Shown piece by piece: positions 23,535 to 36,873 of a stretch of 64,000 nucleotides of DNA. The stretch is from Lingula anatina (taxonomy: Eukaryota; Animalia; Brachiopoda). The position numbers and the translations under genes were made by a program. A model generated the notes under the pieces. That model did not search any database. It worked only from the letters and a program-made list of their open reading frames with translations, and had not been told where the DNA came from. Each line of letters starts with the position of its first letter. The first letter of the stretch is position 1. Location of the stretch: positions 18,658,587-18,722,586 of the forward strand of contig CM120648.1 of assembly GCA_051362555.1 (NCBI GenBank), in the 5' to 3' direction.

Positions 23535-24593
23535 CACTTACCGGAAGATATCATAGCCAGGGTCAGGAGACAGGAGAGAATAATAACTGCAGTGACTTTC
23601 ATCTTTATCTGATATTCAGAGTGCTGCATATGGAAACGTGGTACAAGATAAAATACACATCAACGTTTGCGTTACAGGCGACAGATGCAAACGGATTAAA
23701 AAAAATGCTGGTGCACCTTAATGCAGTTTTCATGTCTCCATAGTGGTATATATTTGTCATTTGTTGGGAAGTTAGCTTCAGTATAGAATGTCTTGTATTG
23801 TAAATGTTTCTGTGGTCCTCCAATATCTACTGCATGTTGGCATAGTTGTGACACTACATTTTCAGTTGACTTTCACGGTCCACATTTCAGTCTGCTAAAA
23901 AACTGGTTTTATTATTACAATGTGACTGTACCAATTTTGACACCACAGCCCCTTACACCATAAACCATTTGGTCAAGAAGCAATCACTTTAAAAGGGAAT
24001 ATCAGTGAACAGTTCCACAGATTATCTATATTCCATAAACTCTATACTTATCTGGTGGCCGGCATGAAGAATGAATGTAATTTATAACGACAACAAAGAT
24101 TACTGACACTGAGATGAAAACCATTAAGTACCTGCATCAAAAATAATATAAATTTGATCATATATATCAAATATACATTATATATATATCATGTTTCTGA
24201 AAACCTACATATTTTCAGTTGAACACATTTGCTAATATTATATATCTTCATGACGCTATAAAATAACTGAATCTGATTTGCATCTCTTAAATAGAGATGT
24301 TTAAATTTAAGAGGGTTGATTTTTGTTTCAAAATAAATAGTTCCTGTTTTTATTACTCTAAAATATCTCAATGTTAGAGTAATAAAAATGAAAAACTTTA
24401 GAGAAAAATTCTTCTAGGCCTGTTGTCCAATTCATCCCATTGAATATTTCAGTCTATGTATAGATTATTCCTCATAAGGTCTGGTGAGTATATAACATTA
24501 CAGGCACGTGTTGGAGACAAAGATTACAATACTGATGGCCATGCAAGGGAGGGGACGCAAAATAACACACACAACAACACACAATAACACACA

Positions 24594-25507
24594 ACTCGAA
24601 AGCATCGCGAATTGCGACCGCACGCAAGTATAGCGATCAATTGCTATTTGCGACGGCGATTGTACTCGCCTGCCAACTCAAAGCCTTGGCAAACGCAACG
24701 CGATTATAGCCTCGAGCGCTACTAAAATTCTATTGTCGCATAAAGTGAAGACGTCATAACATAATTACACACAATGTAATTTTATTTCAGAATGATGCTT
24801 ATCAAGACATTGTTTTAATTCATAGGAATATCACAATTACAAATATTGATGTTTGAAGTGTTTGACACCAATAAAATATCAAAAACAATTCAATAAGCAA
24901 AGGGCACGTGTTTGGACTGATACAATTACTGATACATGGGTGAGTAGTGTTCAGTCTCACTTTAACAGACATTGAGGAAGGTCACGGTGTGATGGAATTC
25001 TTTGTTTCTGCTTTTTCATTTTGTGTAGCAAATGACATTTTTAAACTTATGGTTATTATCAATAGACTACTCAAATGAATATTCATCAGAAGATATAAAA
25101 TAATATATGAAATATTTAATTTTGAAAGAATATGCAGAATAAAACATGAATTTGGCATTCTTCACGTGAATATTTACCCAGGTTTTTTTTTTTTTTCTTT
25201 TTTCAGAAGTACAGAGTGACTCATTCTTTTATAAGCTCTCATGTTTTGTAATATGCTATTAAGACTGGCAACCCAAACTTGCCGCCATTATTAATTACAC
25301 TAAAGACTCTATAAAAGGGAAATGTATGCATGCGCAAAGGCCATCATACCTAATGGGATTTACTCGTCACAAATAATAGCCTGTAAACTAAGGTGATGTC
25401 GCTATTAGCGCTCGGTCATGATTTGCGATGCTTTCGAGTTAAGGGATAGCGACAATCACCATACTTGTGCTCGGTCGCAATTTGCGATGCTTTCCAGTTA
25501 CTGACCC
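24594..25507. mobile_element. Harbinger-like MITE, left end truncated
   Basis: AACTCGAAAGCATCGCGAATTGCGACCG at the left is inverted to CGGTCGCAATTTGCGATGCTTTCCAGTTACTGACCC at the right. Confidence 0.6.
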
Positions 25508-27509
25508 ATGATCTACAAAATTTCTAACAATTATCATTTATCAATTGTAATAAATACTACAAATATTAAGAGAGCATATGGTATTCACTTACAGAAGATA
25601 GAAACAATTGTTTCATTTGAAGAACTATAAACCTTGCTTAAATTCAAAACAGAAGTCTTATGATCATATACCACCAATTATTTTCCGTAAATCATCCAAA
25701 CGGATTACAATCTATCATTGGAATTAGATTTCTTAACATTTTTTTGAAAAGATACCATTTTTCAGATTACATTCTAACTCCGCACATATTAACCCTAGGT
25801 TCAAGATTTCAGTTTTGCCAACTCGATCTTGATTTCATATATAACCCATATCAGCAAACTGGCTCTAGCCACTACCGTCAACCTGGAGGCGTGTCCGGCA
25901 AAATTTTGCCTGGGGCGCTTCCATATTTGGAAGGCACAAGTCTCGTACGCCACAGTTGTATCCGCCTGGAGCTCCATATTTGGAAGTCATTAGTCTCTTA
26001 CGTCACAGCTTTGACCGGCTTGAGCTGCCTTTCCCGCCTTGCGCTGACGTTATATCGTGCAGACGAGAGAAGTAGCACAGTGGCTGGCACGGAGTTAGAA
26101 GTTTGAACTAAGGATATCTTGCACTGGAAGGTCAGTACCACAACACAAGCAACATTCTTTAAAAACTATTTTTTGGTGTAGCCATTGTGCAGTCCTTATA
26201 GTGGTATCGGGCATACAATGTAGCTGTCAAACATGGCACAACACGACAAGCACGTGTATTGTGTTTATATCTTCAGAAGCAAATGTTTTTTGATAAGCAA
26301 AAAATGCAAAAAACATCCGGTGTATCTTTTTCTTTTAAAATGCATTTATTTTTCAATTTACATCTTACATACAGTAAATGAAATTAAATAAAGCAAAATT
26401 AAATCTGATTTACGTTTCATATTGGACTATGTGTGTGTGTGTGTGTGCGTGTGTGTGTGTGTGCGTGTATGTGTGCACGAGAAAAAACAGAGATCTTGAA
26501 ATCATGAGCACATTTGAACTGGCCTTTACAAGGTGACAACAAGTTTGTAGAACACGACACGGAGGCTGCCCTAATCTTACACCTCTTGCCAGTATATACT
26601 GCCATGCATACGTTATTTTCTGGACCTCTTTTGCAATCCCCCCCTCCCCCCCCCCCCCCCCCCCCCCAGCTGTAAATTAATATTTTGAAATTTTGTTCAC
26701 TTTTAAAGCGGTTAAAAGGCATGCATAGTGATTTGAATGAAGCAAGTAGGAAATTTAAGAAATCATCACATGTATTCACATCAAACTGGCAAAGGGAAAT
26801 GTAGTTTTAAGTTTCAGCTTTCTTTCAAGTTTTTAGGTAGAAAGTACTTAATTTTCAAATAATAATAATAATAATAATAATAATATAGTCTGATTTTCAT
26901 GATTTTTAACAGGTCATTTGACCTTAATTGAACTACATTATTTTGTTATAATATGATCGATCTATCAACATAAAACGTGTCACATCAAACTAAACTCCTT
27001 ATTCAGGGAAAAATTAAAGTTAAAGCGTTGACAGCACGTCGTGTCCAGGTCCACTTCTGTATTTTCTTTTCCTGAGGACGCTCAGTGGCACTCCCAGAAC
27101 ACCCAGCTCTACTATCATTGCCGGACAATGGCGTCTCTTTGACCTATGTAAACATTATATTTGTAAGTTGGTGCGATACAACTGTTGCGTTTGCGAAATA
27201 TATTCTGGAATTTGCTTCTCCCTGTGGGTCAAAATTTAGATCACACTTATTACTCCATAAAATAAAACAATTATCATTTAAACTCACAAACTAGTGTTGT
27301 TTGGGTCATTTCATAAAATACTCCTCTGCAAGGAGAATTCTTTATCAAACAAAAAGCAAGGTAAATTAAATTACAGATGAGGCAAATAAAATCAAATAAT
27401 GCATGCGCAATGCTTTAGTAGACGCAGTAATTATGTCATAGTACTCAGGGATTTCCAAGGACTTCTCAGGAATCCAAGCACCCCTTGTGGTCTCTGCATT
27501 ACTTTAAAT

Positions 27510-27806
27510 GAAGTTATATTATGAAGATATAGATCTATGTGTATAAATTTATAAGTTATATTCTGAAGATATACATCTATGTGTATAAATTTATAAGTTA
27601 TGTTATGAAGATATACATCTATGTGTATAAATTTATAAGTTATGTTATGAAGATATACATCTATGTGTATTAATTTATAACTTATATTATGAAGATATAC
27701 ATCTATGTGTATTAATTTATAACTTATATTATGAAGATATACATCTATGTGTATAAATGTATAAGTTATTTTATGAAGATATACATCTATGTGTATTAAT
27801 TTATAA
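27510..27806. repeat. 42-bp AT-rich minisatellite, ~7 copies
   Basis: Unit AAGTTATATTATGAAGATATACATCTATGTGTATAAATTTAT. Confidence 0.92.
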
Positions 27807-28319
27807 GGCTGGATACATTGCCTTCAGTTCTTTTTTTATTATTTAATTAATTATTTTATTTCGCTGAAGTTCAGTGGTTAACAGTGTCTGTTTACATATA
27901 GGATAATGCTCTTCTGATACAAGTTGGGCCTTTGGGTTTTCTCTACACGATGATCACAGCGAAAGTATGCTAAGAAAAAGTCCTTACATGTAACAGCTCC
28001 TTGTACTTTATGTATCATTTGTCTGAAGGGAACCTCCACCTTTCGGGTCTCATTGACTTAATGGTATGATTCAATTACCCGTCATTATGTCAACCATATA
28101 TAAAATGGAGCGTGTGTATTGATTCCTGACCTTCATATAAGGGGTCTTTCAACCAATTTCATATCAGATACTGGTAGAGAAGAATGAGAAGACCTTTGGT
28201 GGAGGGTATAACCACTGCACATGCTTGACACGTTTACACTCACCACTAGAATAAAGCGCAGGGCGCTGCAACTCAAAAATGAATTAAAATATCCGACATT
28301 GACTGATGTTTGGGTAATA

Positions 28320-28538
28320 GGGCGCATTCCCATAGATTTTAGATCGATCTATCCCCGTGGGGAGTCTCACTAGATTACTGTCAGATAATCCGGCTTAAAT
28401 GTCCGTCCCGCCTACTACATGTACAAGATGTAAGGGGGTAATTAACTACCGTGCGCGCTCGGCTGACTGCAATATAGCGTGAACCCCCAGGCAGTTAGGT
28501 CGATCTAGTTGGATCGATCTGAATCTCTGGGAATGCCG
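28320..28538. mobile_element. ~220-bp Harbinger-like MITE (GATCGATCTA family)
   Basis: Imperfect TIRs CATTCCCA.AGATT..AGATCGATCTA / GATCGATCT..ATCTCTGGGAATG. Homologous copies at ~39640, 39916, 48130, 48360 and 48530. Confidence 0.7.
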
Positions 28539-29859
28539 TTATAGACGACGTGCAATAAGGTCGCGCGACAAGGTTATTTTCAGTTGCACTCTGGATTACG
28601 CACGCTTGCTCCGCAAGGTGTCGCCTGTGGAGGGGGGGCAGCTCAGCCCATGTGGTTACTGTGACGAAGGTGACAAGTACTTCCAAACATTTTTCATAAC
28701 TGTCATTATTCCTCATCCTATTCACAAATTTGATATTTACGGCAATGGAAAATGTGGCACTGGCAAAGGTGGGTCTTGGTGCGTTGACAGGCCGCACAGG
28801 TGTCCCCAATTAACCGCCGCAAGAGAAGAGACCCCAAGCATTAATCAACACGACCTGTAGATATTGGAAATTTGGCAAAAGTTAAGCAACTGAGGCTTTA
28901 TTAGATTTGGGCAGATATCGAGAGGAATGTCCAGTGACATGCCAAACCCCTAAGTTCAAGTCTTGGCCCTTGACACCAGTAACGCACCCCTTAGTCAAGA
29001 ATCTGAACAAATCAATGTTGGGCAGGTATGCTCTATTTTCTACAGGCGTTATGTGATTTTATCAACTTGATTGTCAAGTGCCAGACCTTTTGTCCCCAGG
29101 TACTAGTAGCAAACTTTATCAGATAACAATCTGACACTAACCAACAGCGCTGTAAACCCAGTTATCAATGCTGTCATCTTTACCTGTATCTTTACCTGTA
29201 TTATGCCAGTGGTACGTTTGCTACATTTGAGTAAGGAAATATGCTTTGATGCTTATATTTATTTGTAATACGTTAGCATCAACCTGTTAATAAAAACTTG
29301 GAAACTTTCAATGTTATTACACAATAACAGTATAATGATAGGAGATGTTATGATTAAATGCTTAGAAGAAATAATAAAAACAGATCGTGTGAAATATAAA
29401 ATGAATTCATTTTATTTGGGTTATTTATTTATTTATTTATTTATTTATTTCAAACCAATTAATTATCAAACATGAAGCTTATTTTTAGAAACATTAACAG
29501 ATATTACTGCAATATAACCCTGCTGGTACACAGATCTACAGTTCTAAAATGCAAATACCTTCCACACACCACTGATGAAATGTGAATAATCATATGTATA
29601 AAGCAGTAAAAATATCACAAAATGTGTGTAGGCAAGATACTTCTACAAGTAACCTCATTAATCAGTCAGGAAACTTCATAATGCATTCAATAAATGTAGA
29701 AATTTGAGCAAAAGAAATTCTACATACAAGCATGACAGATTTACCATATATTGCCACCAACTCTTAACTGAATGGGCATAGAAAGAACAAAGTGAGTCTC
29801 CCTCCCATTAAAAAGAATAATAAAAAAATTAATTAAAAACAGATACTGCCAGTCTTAAT

Positions 29860-31075
29860 ACTGAAAAACAATGGCACCTTGCAGACTTCACTGCCTCACT
29901 ATTTGCAGACAATGTTCTAGTCACTGTAACTGTGTACTTTTGATGAGGCATAGATGCAAGAATAACTGAAGTATATTGTGAGATGCAAGAATAACTGAAG
30001 TATATTGTGAAGGTCTCTTTTGTCATAAATCTGCCACGTATAACCTGAATGTACATATTGCAATTCACACCGCAGCAGCTTGTCTTAGTTAGGACTCAAC
30101 CAGCTGAAAACTTGAGGCACAGCTTCAGGGACAAGATCACACCATCTACCCTTGCTGTGATGATGGATCTACTAGTACATTATATATGTTTTGTCCTCCT
30201 AGTTTCTCTAATACCATTTCCCCTGATCTATGCACACATCAATCACTACAGCTTTACCAACAGCTACACAGTTTTTACATCTGAAAGTATAAAGCCAAAA
30301 TTGTAATAAAGCACTATCAATTTACTTGTTATATATTGATTTGAGGGCAAGAGAAAAAGGCAGGAACCTCGTATCATAATCAAGATAACTAAAAATCAAA
30401 TATGCATAATCAACTAGCTTCAATTGTATATACTACTGATGATTTTATGTTTTAAACTTCAGCATAAATTTTGACTTTCTCTTGTTAAAGCATAGCCACT
30501 TTATCAAAATGTGCTTGAACAAATAATAATAATAAACAACCTGCACACATGATGGAACATGGAGGTCAATTGCCACAAAATAAGTTGATTTGTACTTGGT
30601 AGCCTGAGAAAAAGTATCAGGTATTAATTTGTGCAGTAATTATACCACAGAGTTAACAACGACACAATTAAGCATATGGTGTAATGTAACAAAATTCATG
30701 CATTACTTGCTGTGGCAGTGTCCTCCTAAACCTATCGTGCACCGCAGGTTTTGATTTTCAATGTCATCAAAAATTTTTATTGCTGTTAGTTTGATCTATG
30801 TATCTGCTATTCAAATAATATCATTTGGAAAATAACTAACTGATTTAATTATGCTTTTGCAACATGAAATTATCATTAACTTTGCCGGTTCACGTGTACA
30901 CAGTACCTTGCTATCAGTGCTGCTCTTTTCTCCCCAACTCGCCACTGACAGGCTAACCACATCGTTTCAAAACACCGTTGGTATGCTCCTTTATTTTTGG
31001 TGTTGGCAGTTTCGCACTGAGGACATTGTTTTCGGTTAAAAACAACGTATCGTTTTCACCCATCTTTGCATTGCT
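29860..31075 (-). pseudogene. Decayed SAP + SWIM zinc-finger transposon accessory gene fragment
   Basis: Frameshifted SAP-like LSAKLPTPKIKEHTNGVLKR/WL..EKRAALIAR ending at a GT donor (~30906). The next exon reads CKNCVAVGKAVVIDVCIDQGKWY*, then ILASMPHQKYTVTV..SEAVKSARCHC, the start of a SWIM finger. Confidence 0.5.
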
Positions 31076-31439
31076 CCTGTACAAAATGTCCGCTTGCTGC
31101 CCCCCAAGGGAAAAATCGTAGCACGTGGGTAGTTACGCAAGACCTGTGACGTATAACGCGCGCGATCTTATTCTTCCTTTATGCAAGGTTAGGGAGACAA
31201 CAGGGATTTATGGTTACAAACTGAAATAACCTTGAAACTTATCTGAAAACTTAGAGCAAAGATGTATTCAGCCTGCACGTATGTGATATCTTCAAGATTA
31301 TAAATCCATTACTCAATAAAAACGCCGTTAAAATGAAAAGTATAATGGTAATATAATTAAAACGCCACACAGGTTACACAAAGTGACAAAGAATCTAATT
31401 CGTGGCAATAACTGATATCTATGAATCAAGTCACAGAAG

Positions 31440-31925
31440 TACAACGAGTTATTTCAATGACAGTATCCTCTCTCAGCAGCTACTGTGCTGGTAGGTACAC
31501 ATGTATGCTACTAGTACCTGTTATACAACGAGTTATTTCAATGACAGTATCCTCTCTCAGTAGCTACTGTGCTGGTAGGTAGACATGTATGCTAGTACCT
31601 GTTATACAACGAGTTATTTCAATGACAGTATCCTCTCTCAGTAGCTACTGTGCTGGTAGGTACACATGTATGCTAGTACCTGTTATACAACGAGTTATTT
31701 CAATGACAGTATCCTCTCTCAGTAGCTACTGTGCTGGTAGGTACACATGTATGCTAGTACCTGTTATACAACGAGTTATTTCAATGACAGTATCCTCTCT
31801 CAGCAGCTACTGTGCTGGTAGGTAGACATGTATGCTAGTACCTGTTATACAACGAGTTATTTCAATGACAGTATCCTCTCTCAGTAGCTACTGTGCTGAT
31901 AGGTACACATGTATGCTAGTACCTG
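31440..31925. repeat. 81-bp tandem repeat, 6 copies
   Basis: Unit TACAACGAGTTATTTCAATGACAGTATCCTCTCTCAGTAGCTACTGTGCTGGTAGGTACACATGTATGCTAGTACCTGTTA. Confidence 0.95.
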
Positions 31926-32752
31926 CTTTAAACACATATGACGTGGTTACTTGGATATTGAAAAAGGCCGGAACACATGGGACATCAGTAGAATTGAGAA
32001 AAAATGTGTGTAATCGTAAATCATAATTTTCAACAACATTTTCTATTATAACATGTGCAGGTAACTCAAGTCACCTTGTTAAGATAATGGCACACAAAGA
32101 GCCGGTTGCCCGCCATTTCTTAAAAAGGGGAATCCCCGCCCTAATGTTGTAGATTGATAGTTTTCTGGCCAATAGATGTGTTTGTAACACTACATCCCAG
32201 ACACATTTCCTGGCACATGTACCGTAGGTATGTGATTTTTTACTGGTCACAAATCCTCGAGCATCATCAAACCCCTTTAACCGTTTAACCCTGCAGGCAA
32301 ACATGCAGCAGTTTATCAGAGGAAGGATGCGACAGTTGCTAAGGATCATATTTACCTTATGTGGGGACGTTTGAGATAACGGACATAAATGCAGAAAGTC
32401 AAAAGTGTGAGTGTTATTTAAACTGTATTTACTCGACCACACAGAGCACTTGTACTCGCTGATTAATTTCAGTTACAAAGCAACAACTGCGGCTATCAAA
32501 ATAACCAGATGTAAGCCATATAGACAATCTGCGGGCTGTCATTCCTCGCTGAATCAGCGGCCTACTGGTCCTACAATAAATCTAAACCAGCTACGCCAAA
32601 TACTTTGATGTTGTCACTTGGATATCGGTCGTGCTTGTTTTGGCAGTTATTAGTTGCTCCCCTATGGTAAGTAAAACTCTCCTCTGATATTTTGCAGGTA
32701 GCTTTGATAGAGCTTTTTATCCAGTTTCACCTATATTATTGAGGACATTAAT

Positions 32753-32912
32753 CAGTGGCGGATTTAGGGGGTGTTAGGGGGATACTGACCCCCTTCTCTT
32801 TCGATTTCTGAAAAAAATCACAACAATGGTCCCCTCTTAAATTTAACCAAGGGGGGGGGGGGGGGAGGGGTCGCCTTTGCACCTCCTTCAAATAATCCTG
32901 GATCCATCCTTG
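32753..32912. mobile_element. Short hAT-like MITE, degenerate
   Basis: CAGTGGCGGATTTAGG ... CCTGGATCCATCCTTG imperfect TIRs; a related end lies at ~43423-43457. Confidence 0.5.
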
Positions 32913-34453
32913 ATTATGATGGAAATGATTGAAAACTCATTGATAGCTTCGATGAATCGAATTATGGAACAGAATCAGGAGCACAAAGGCACTGTAACGT
33001 GGGAGTATATGAAGTGATTTATAGTCATATAGTAGTTGGAATTGTTTTAAAAGAGTATTAATTTCAGTCTTTTTTTTTTTCAAGGCTATGCTTCACAAGA
33101 GTGTCCTTAACAGAAGGAAAATCAGTTTTTCACTGCTTTCTTGGACTTTACTCTGAAAAAAAGATCGCAAGATTGTCTAGATTTCCGTAGGGATAATTCT
33201 TGAAGCCGAGTCATAAAAAGAAAACATAATATAATTTACTGCCGTATTTCAAGTTCAGTGTTATTGTTCAGTATGTCAGCTCAGCGTAGCAAGGACTGCA
33301 TGTACATCGTGTGTACAAAGAAATAATTTTGGGTGACTATATTTAGAGAGCGCACATCGTAACCAACCGCTTATCGCAGGCAATACAAATAGTGATATCG
33401 ATTACCGTCATCACAACGTCAAAACTGTTTCTGCTGGCAGAAATAGAAATTAAAACTAAGATGTATCTTTGAGAGTTCTGTTGACAACTGAGATATCTCT
33501 GTCTGATACACAGTTGTCTAACATATTCTCTTTTGTTGTTCTAAACTAAGGTTTTGACTGTAATGGTATAGGTCTTATACATACATGTATATTCTTCCAT
33601 AATACTCCACCGTACCATTCCACTATAGTTCTGCCTAAGTAACTATAGATGGGAGTCATCTTCAGAGAATCCCATTTATGTAACCATCTATGTTACTCAG
33701 TGATTACTGCATGGAGAAATTGTATGCATGTGTCACACTGTCCCGAAATTGACACGGAATGGACACACGATCAATAAAAACTTCAAATAGGGTTCTGATC
33801 GTGAGAAAAATTGAAGAAAAGAAAAGGCACCACAAGCCGTTGACAAAAACATGTAATTCATTCAATGATAATTATAACATTCTGTTATGTGCATGTATAA
33901 AATACAATACAAAATGTTAAACAATAAAAAGATAAAAAAGGAGAATTTGGTCAGATGACCGAATGTAATACAATGGAACATATTTCAAAATATGAAAGCT
34001 ATGGGGAAAAATATATCGCCGTTTTTACCTTCAAAATAATAAATAAATAAAATAAATAAATAAATAACCAATTACAAATACAGAAACGACACGTTCAGCC
34101 GACGCTGAGGTTTCGTGCATTTTGTGCATGATAGCAAGTTTTCGTCCAAAAACGGCTCAAATTTTTAAGGAAAAGAAACCTGCTTGTCAGTAGACCAAAT
34201 AAAGACATGATTCATGATGTTAATGTCACATCACCATAACACGATATCAGTTGATTATGTAATAGATAGACCCCGAGTCAGCGAGGGGTCTATCTTAATT
34301 AGACCACGGTCCATTAACTTCAACAACAGTTCACGACATCACACTCACGCAACTTCCCCGCTATCTTCATTACCACACTATTCATCATGTTTGGAGCGGA
34401 GGAGGACGTCACCCTCTCTCAGCTAGATTTATTACCAACCCAATCGTTATAAA

Positions 34454-34727
34454 GTGGATATCGATGCAGAATCAAAGCGGTTCGAAGAGCCAGTACACTC
34501 CCCTGAATTTGAAAAAATGGTTGCAGACAGAATTCCAGCAAACACACAGAAAAATACGACCTGGGCATGTAATGTCTTTAAGGACTGGCGCACGTGGCGA
34601 GATTTTAGAACTGTCACTATGGCCGACCCTCACTGGCCTATATTCCAACCCTTGAGGGGGGAAATCTAGAGATTTTGGACTATTGGTTGGTTAATTAAGC
34701 GCCAAGATGGCAGTTCCTATCCGCCAG
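34454..34727 (+). pseudogene. Crypton-type tyrosine recombinase N-terminal remnant (ZMYM/QRICH1/DUF3504-associated region)
   Basis: KRF..EKMVADRIPANTQKNTTWACNVFKDW, then across a stop/frameshift LDYWL..KRQDGSSYPP followed by a GT donor. No catalytic region is seen. Confidence 0.7.
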
Positions 34728-35283
34728 GTGTGTTTAATTTTCTTATCATTCGTTATCTTTTAAGTCGCAGCAGCACCCGGCTTCCATAGTGTTAAGACAT
34801 TTCAAATAAATATGCAATATTCGTGAAACAACTATATTTTGAATTTCAAAAGCATCGTGCGCTTCAGTAACTTCATCTTCAACCCAGCCTGCAAGCTCTT
34901 TATCGGCACCTCCAATGAAGCAAAATACGGAAAAGGACGACAAAATTTTAACAATTGAAATACCTTCTGTTATTGAAAAAGTTCTAATAATATAAAAAAC
35001 GACAAAAGATCACTTTTGAAATATAATGCAGCTTGTTTTTTGTTCTTTTTTCATATGTGGTGATAAACGCTCAGTCCCTAATTAACTTGCTTTCAGGTGT
35101 GTTTATGGTTCTGTGCTTCGATGAGTAGTATGTGTGTGTTTTAGCGGGTTATAACGCATTCATGCGAGACGTGCGGTTATGCGAGTTACACCACGTCTGA
35201 GTCTTTTGTTCTACACTTCCACCGTGGTCTAAATTGACGTACTGCCAGAAAAATCCCCTCTGTTGTGCTCGACAGATGTATAT

Positions 35284-35830
35284 CAGGCCTACCCAACTAC
35301 CAGACTCGGCACATAAGGATCCTGAATTAACCGGAATATCGGACCACACTACCCGTTTTCAAGGTGTGTGTCAGATCGCATTTCGGAGTATCAGTCAGAA
35401 CACCGACAGGATGAGCCCACGCTCGGCTGTCACCTTGATTGGATAGTAAACGATTGTCGTAAAATCGCTATATGATTTTAAAACCGGGTGCATAAATTTG
35501 AAAGCCACCTAGATGAACCTTAGACTGCCACATTAATCTAATACAATGCAAAAAAGCCCTATCAAAAGTGGTTAAAGCATTCAAACCGAAAGTCGTAAAG
35601 TCCCCATATACCCCCATAGAGACAATAAAATAGAGTACTCTAAAGTAAGAGTACAGTTTAAGGTTGTTCAGCCGAGCGTGGATGAGCCCGCAGTCGTCCT
35701 ACAAAATTTGTTCTGGGGTATGATACTCCGAAATGCGATCTGACACACACCTTGAAAACGGGTAGTGTGGTCCGATATACCGGTTAATTCAGGATCCTTA
35801 TGTGCCGAGTCTGGTAGTTGGGTAGGCCTG
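35284..35830. mobile_element. MITE with ~115-bp TIRs and a 5-bp TSD (TATAT)
   Basis: CAGGCCTACCCAACTACCAGACTCGGCAC... / ...GTGCCGAGTCTGGTAGTTGGGTAGGCCTG, flanked by TATAT on both sides. Confidence 0.85.
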
Positions 35831-36190
35831 TATATCGTATCACTTATTACACAGTCCTGCGTCCTTGGCACTGGTTACACTAGAGTGCTGATTATATTGT
35901 CGTACTGTCAGAAAAATCCTCTCTGTTGAGCTCGGCAGCTGTATATAGTACCAGTTATCGTGCACCCTCTACTGCGTCCTTGCCAAACATATTTGATTAC
36001 ATTGCATTTCTTGTGAATATAATATGTAACGTTCACAGCGACTGATATCTATTATCCATCCCTTCTGTATACTGTTGCATCCTGTACGTGTTTTTAGCAA
36101 GGAAAAAAAAAAAACGTTTACATTCCGCCCAATAAGTCGTGAAAGACATTGGAAACTTAAACAATTCTGTTCGTCATAGTTCTCCTTTAT

Positions 36191-36873
36191 GCCCCTATTT
36201 CACACAGACCACGAATCCCACGAATGGCCATGAATTGACAAATTTCACGATTCGTAGTTGAATCGTAATTAGTTCGTGAAGATCTTAACAGATTCGTATA
36301 TATTCGTAGTCAGTTCTTGCACTTCTTGACCAGCAGGAATTGGTGGCAAAAACTTTGATGCCCCTATTTCACACAGACCACGAATCCCACGAATGGCCAA
36401 GAATGGAAAATTACAGGATTCGTGGATAAATCGTAATCAGTTCGTGAAGTTCTTAACAGATTCGTATATAATCGTAGTCAGTTCTTGCAATTCCTGATCA
36501 ATCGGGAATTCGTGGCTAAACATTTGACCTGTTCAAAGTCTTGGCCACAAACTCCCGATCCCAAAAAATCGTAGTGAATTTCTGGACACTATTCGTGCGA
36601 TTCCAGCCGAATCCCACGAATATTCGTAACTATCGCACCTGTATCGTAACTGAATCGTGAGCGTGTCGAATTAGACAAGAAAATTGGCAAAATCTCACGA
36701 TTCAAGCCGAGTCCCACGAATATTCGTAACACTATCGTACCTGTATCGTAACTGAATCGTGAGCGTGTCGAATTAGACCAGAAAATTGGCAGAATCTCAC
36801 GAATCCTCACGAATCCTGAAATTTGTCAATTCCTGGCGATTCGTGGGATTCGTGGTCTGTGTGAAATAGGGGC
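36191..36873. mobile_element. MITE with a duplicated left arm and an internal tandem repeat
   Basis: TIR GCCCCTATTTCACACAGACCACGAATCCCACGAAT occurs at 36191 and again at ~36360, with the inverted copy ending at 36873. Internal ~100-bp tandem pair at ~36610-36805. Confidence 0.8.

Noticed and set aside
25660-26106. 148-aa ORF
   Set aside because: No recognisable motif; it spans a compositional boundary, probably a repeat edge.
28495-28860. Cys-containing ORFs next to the MITE
   Set aside because: No identifiable domain or convincing exon structure; could be a decayed exon but cannot be supported.
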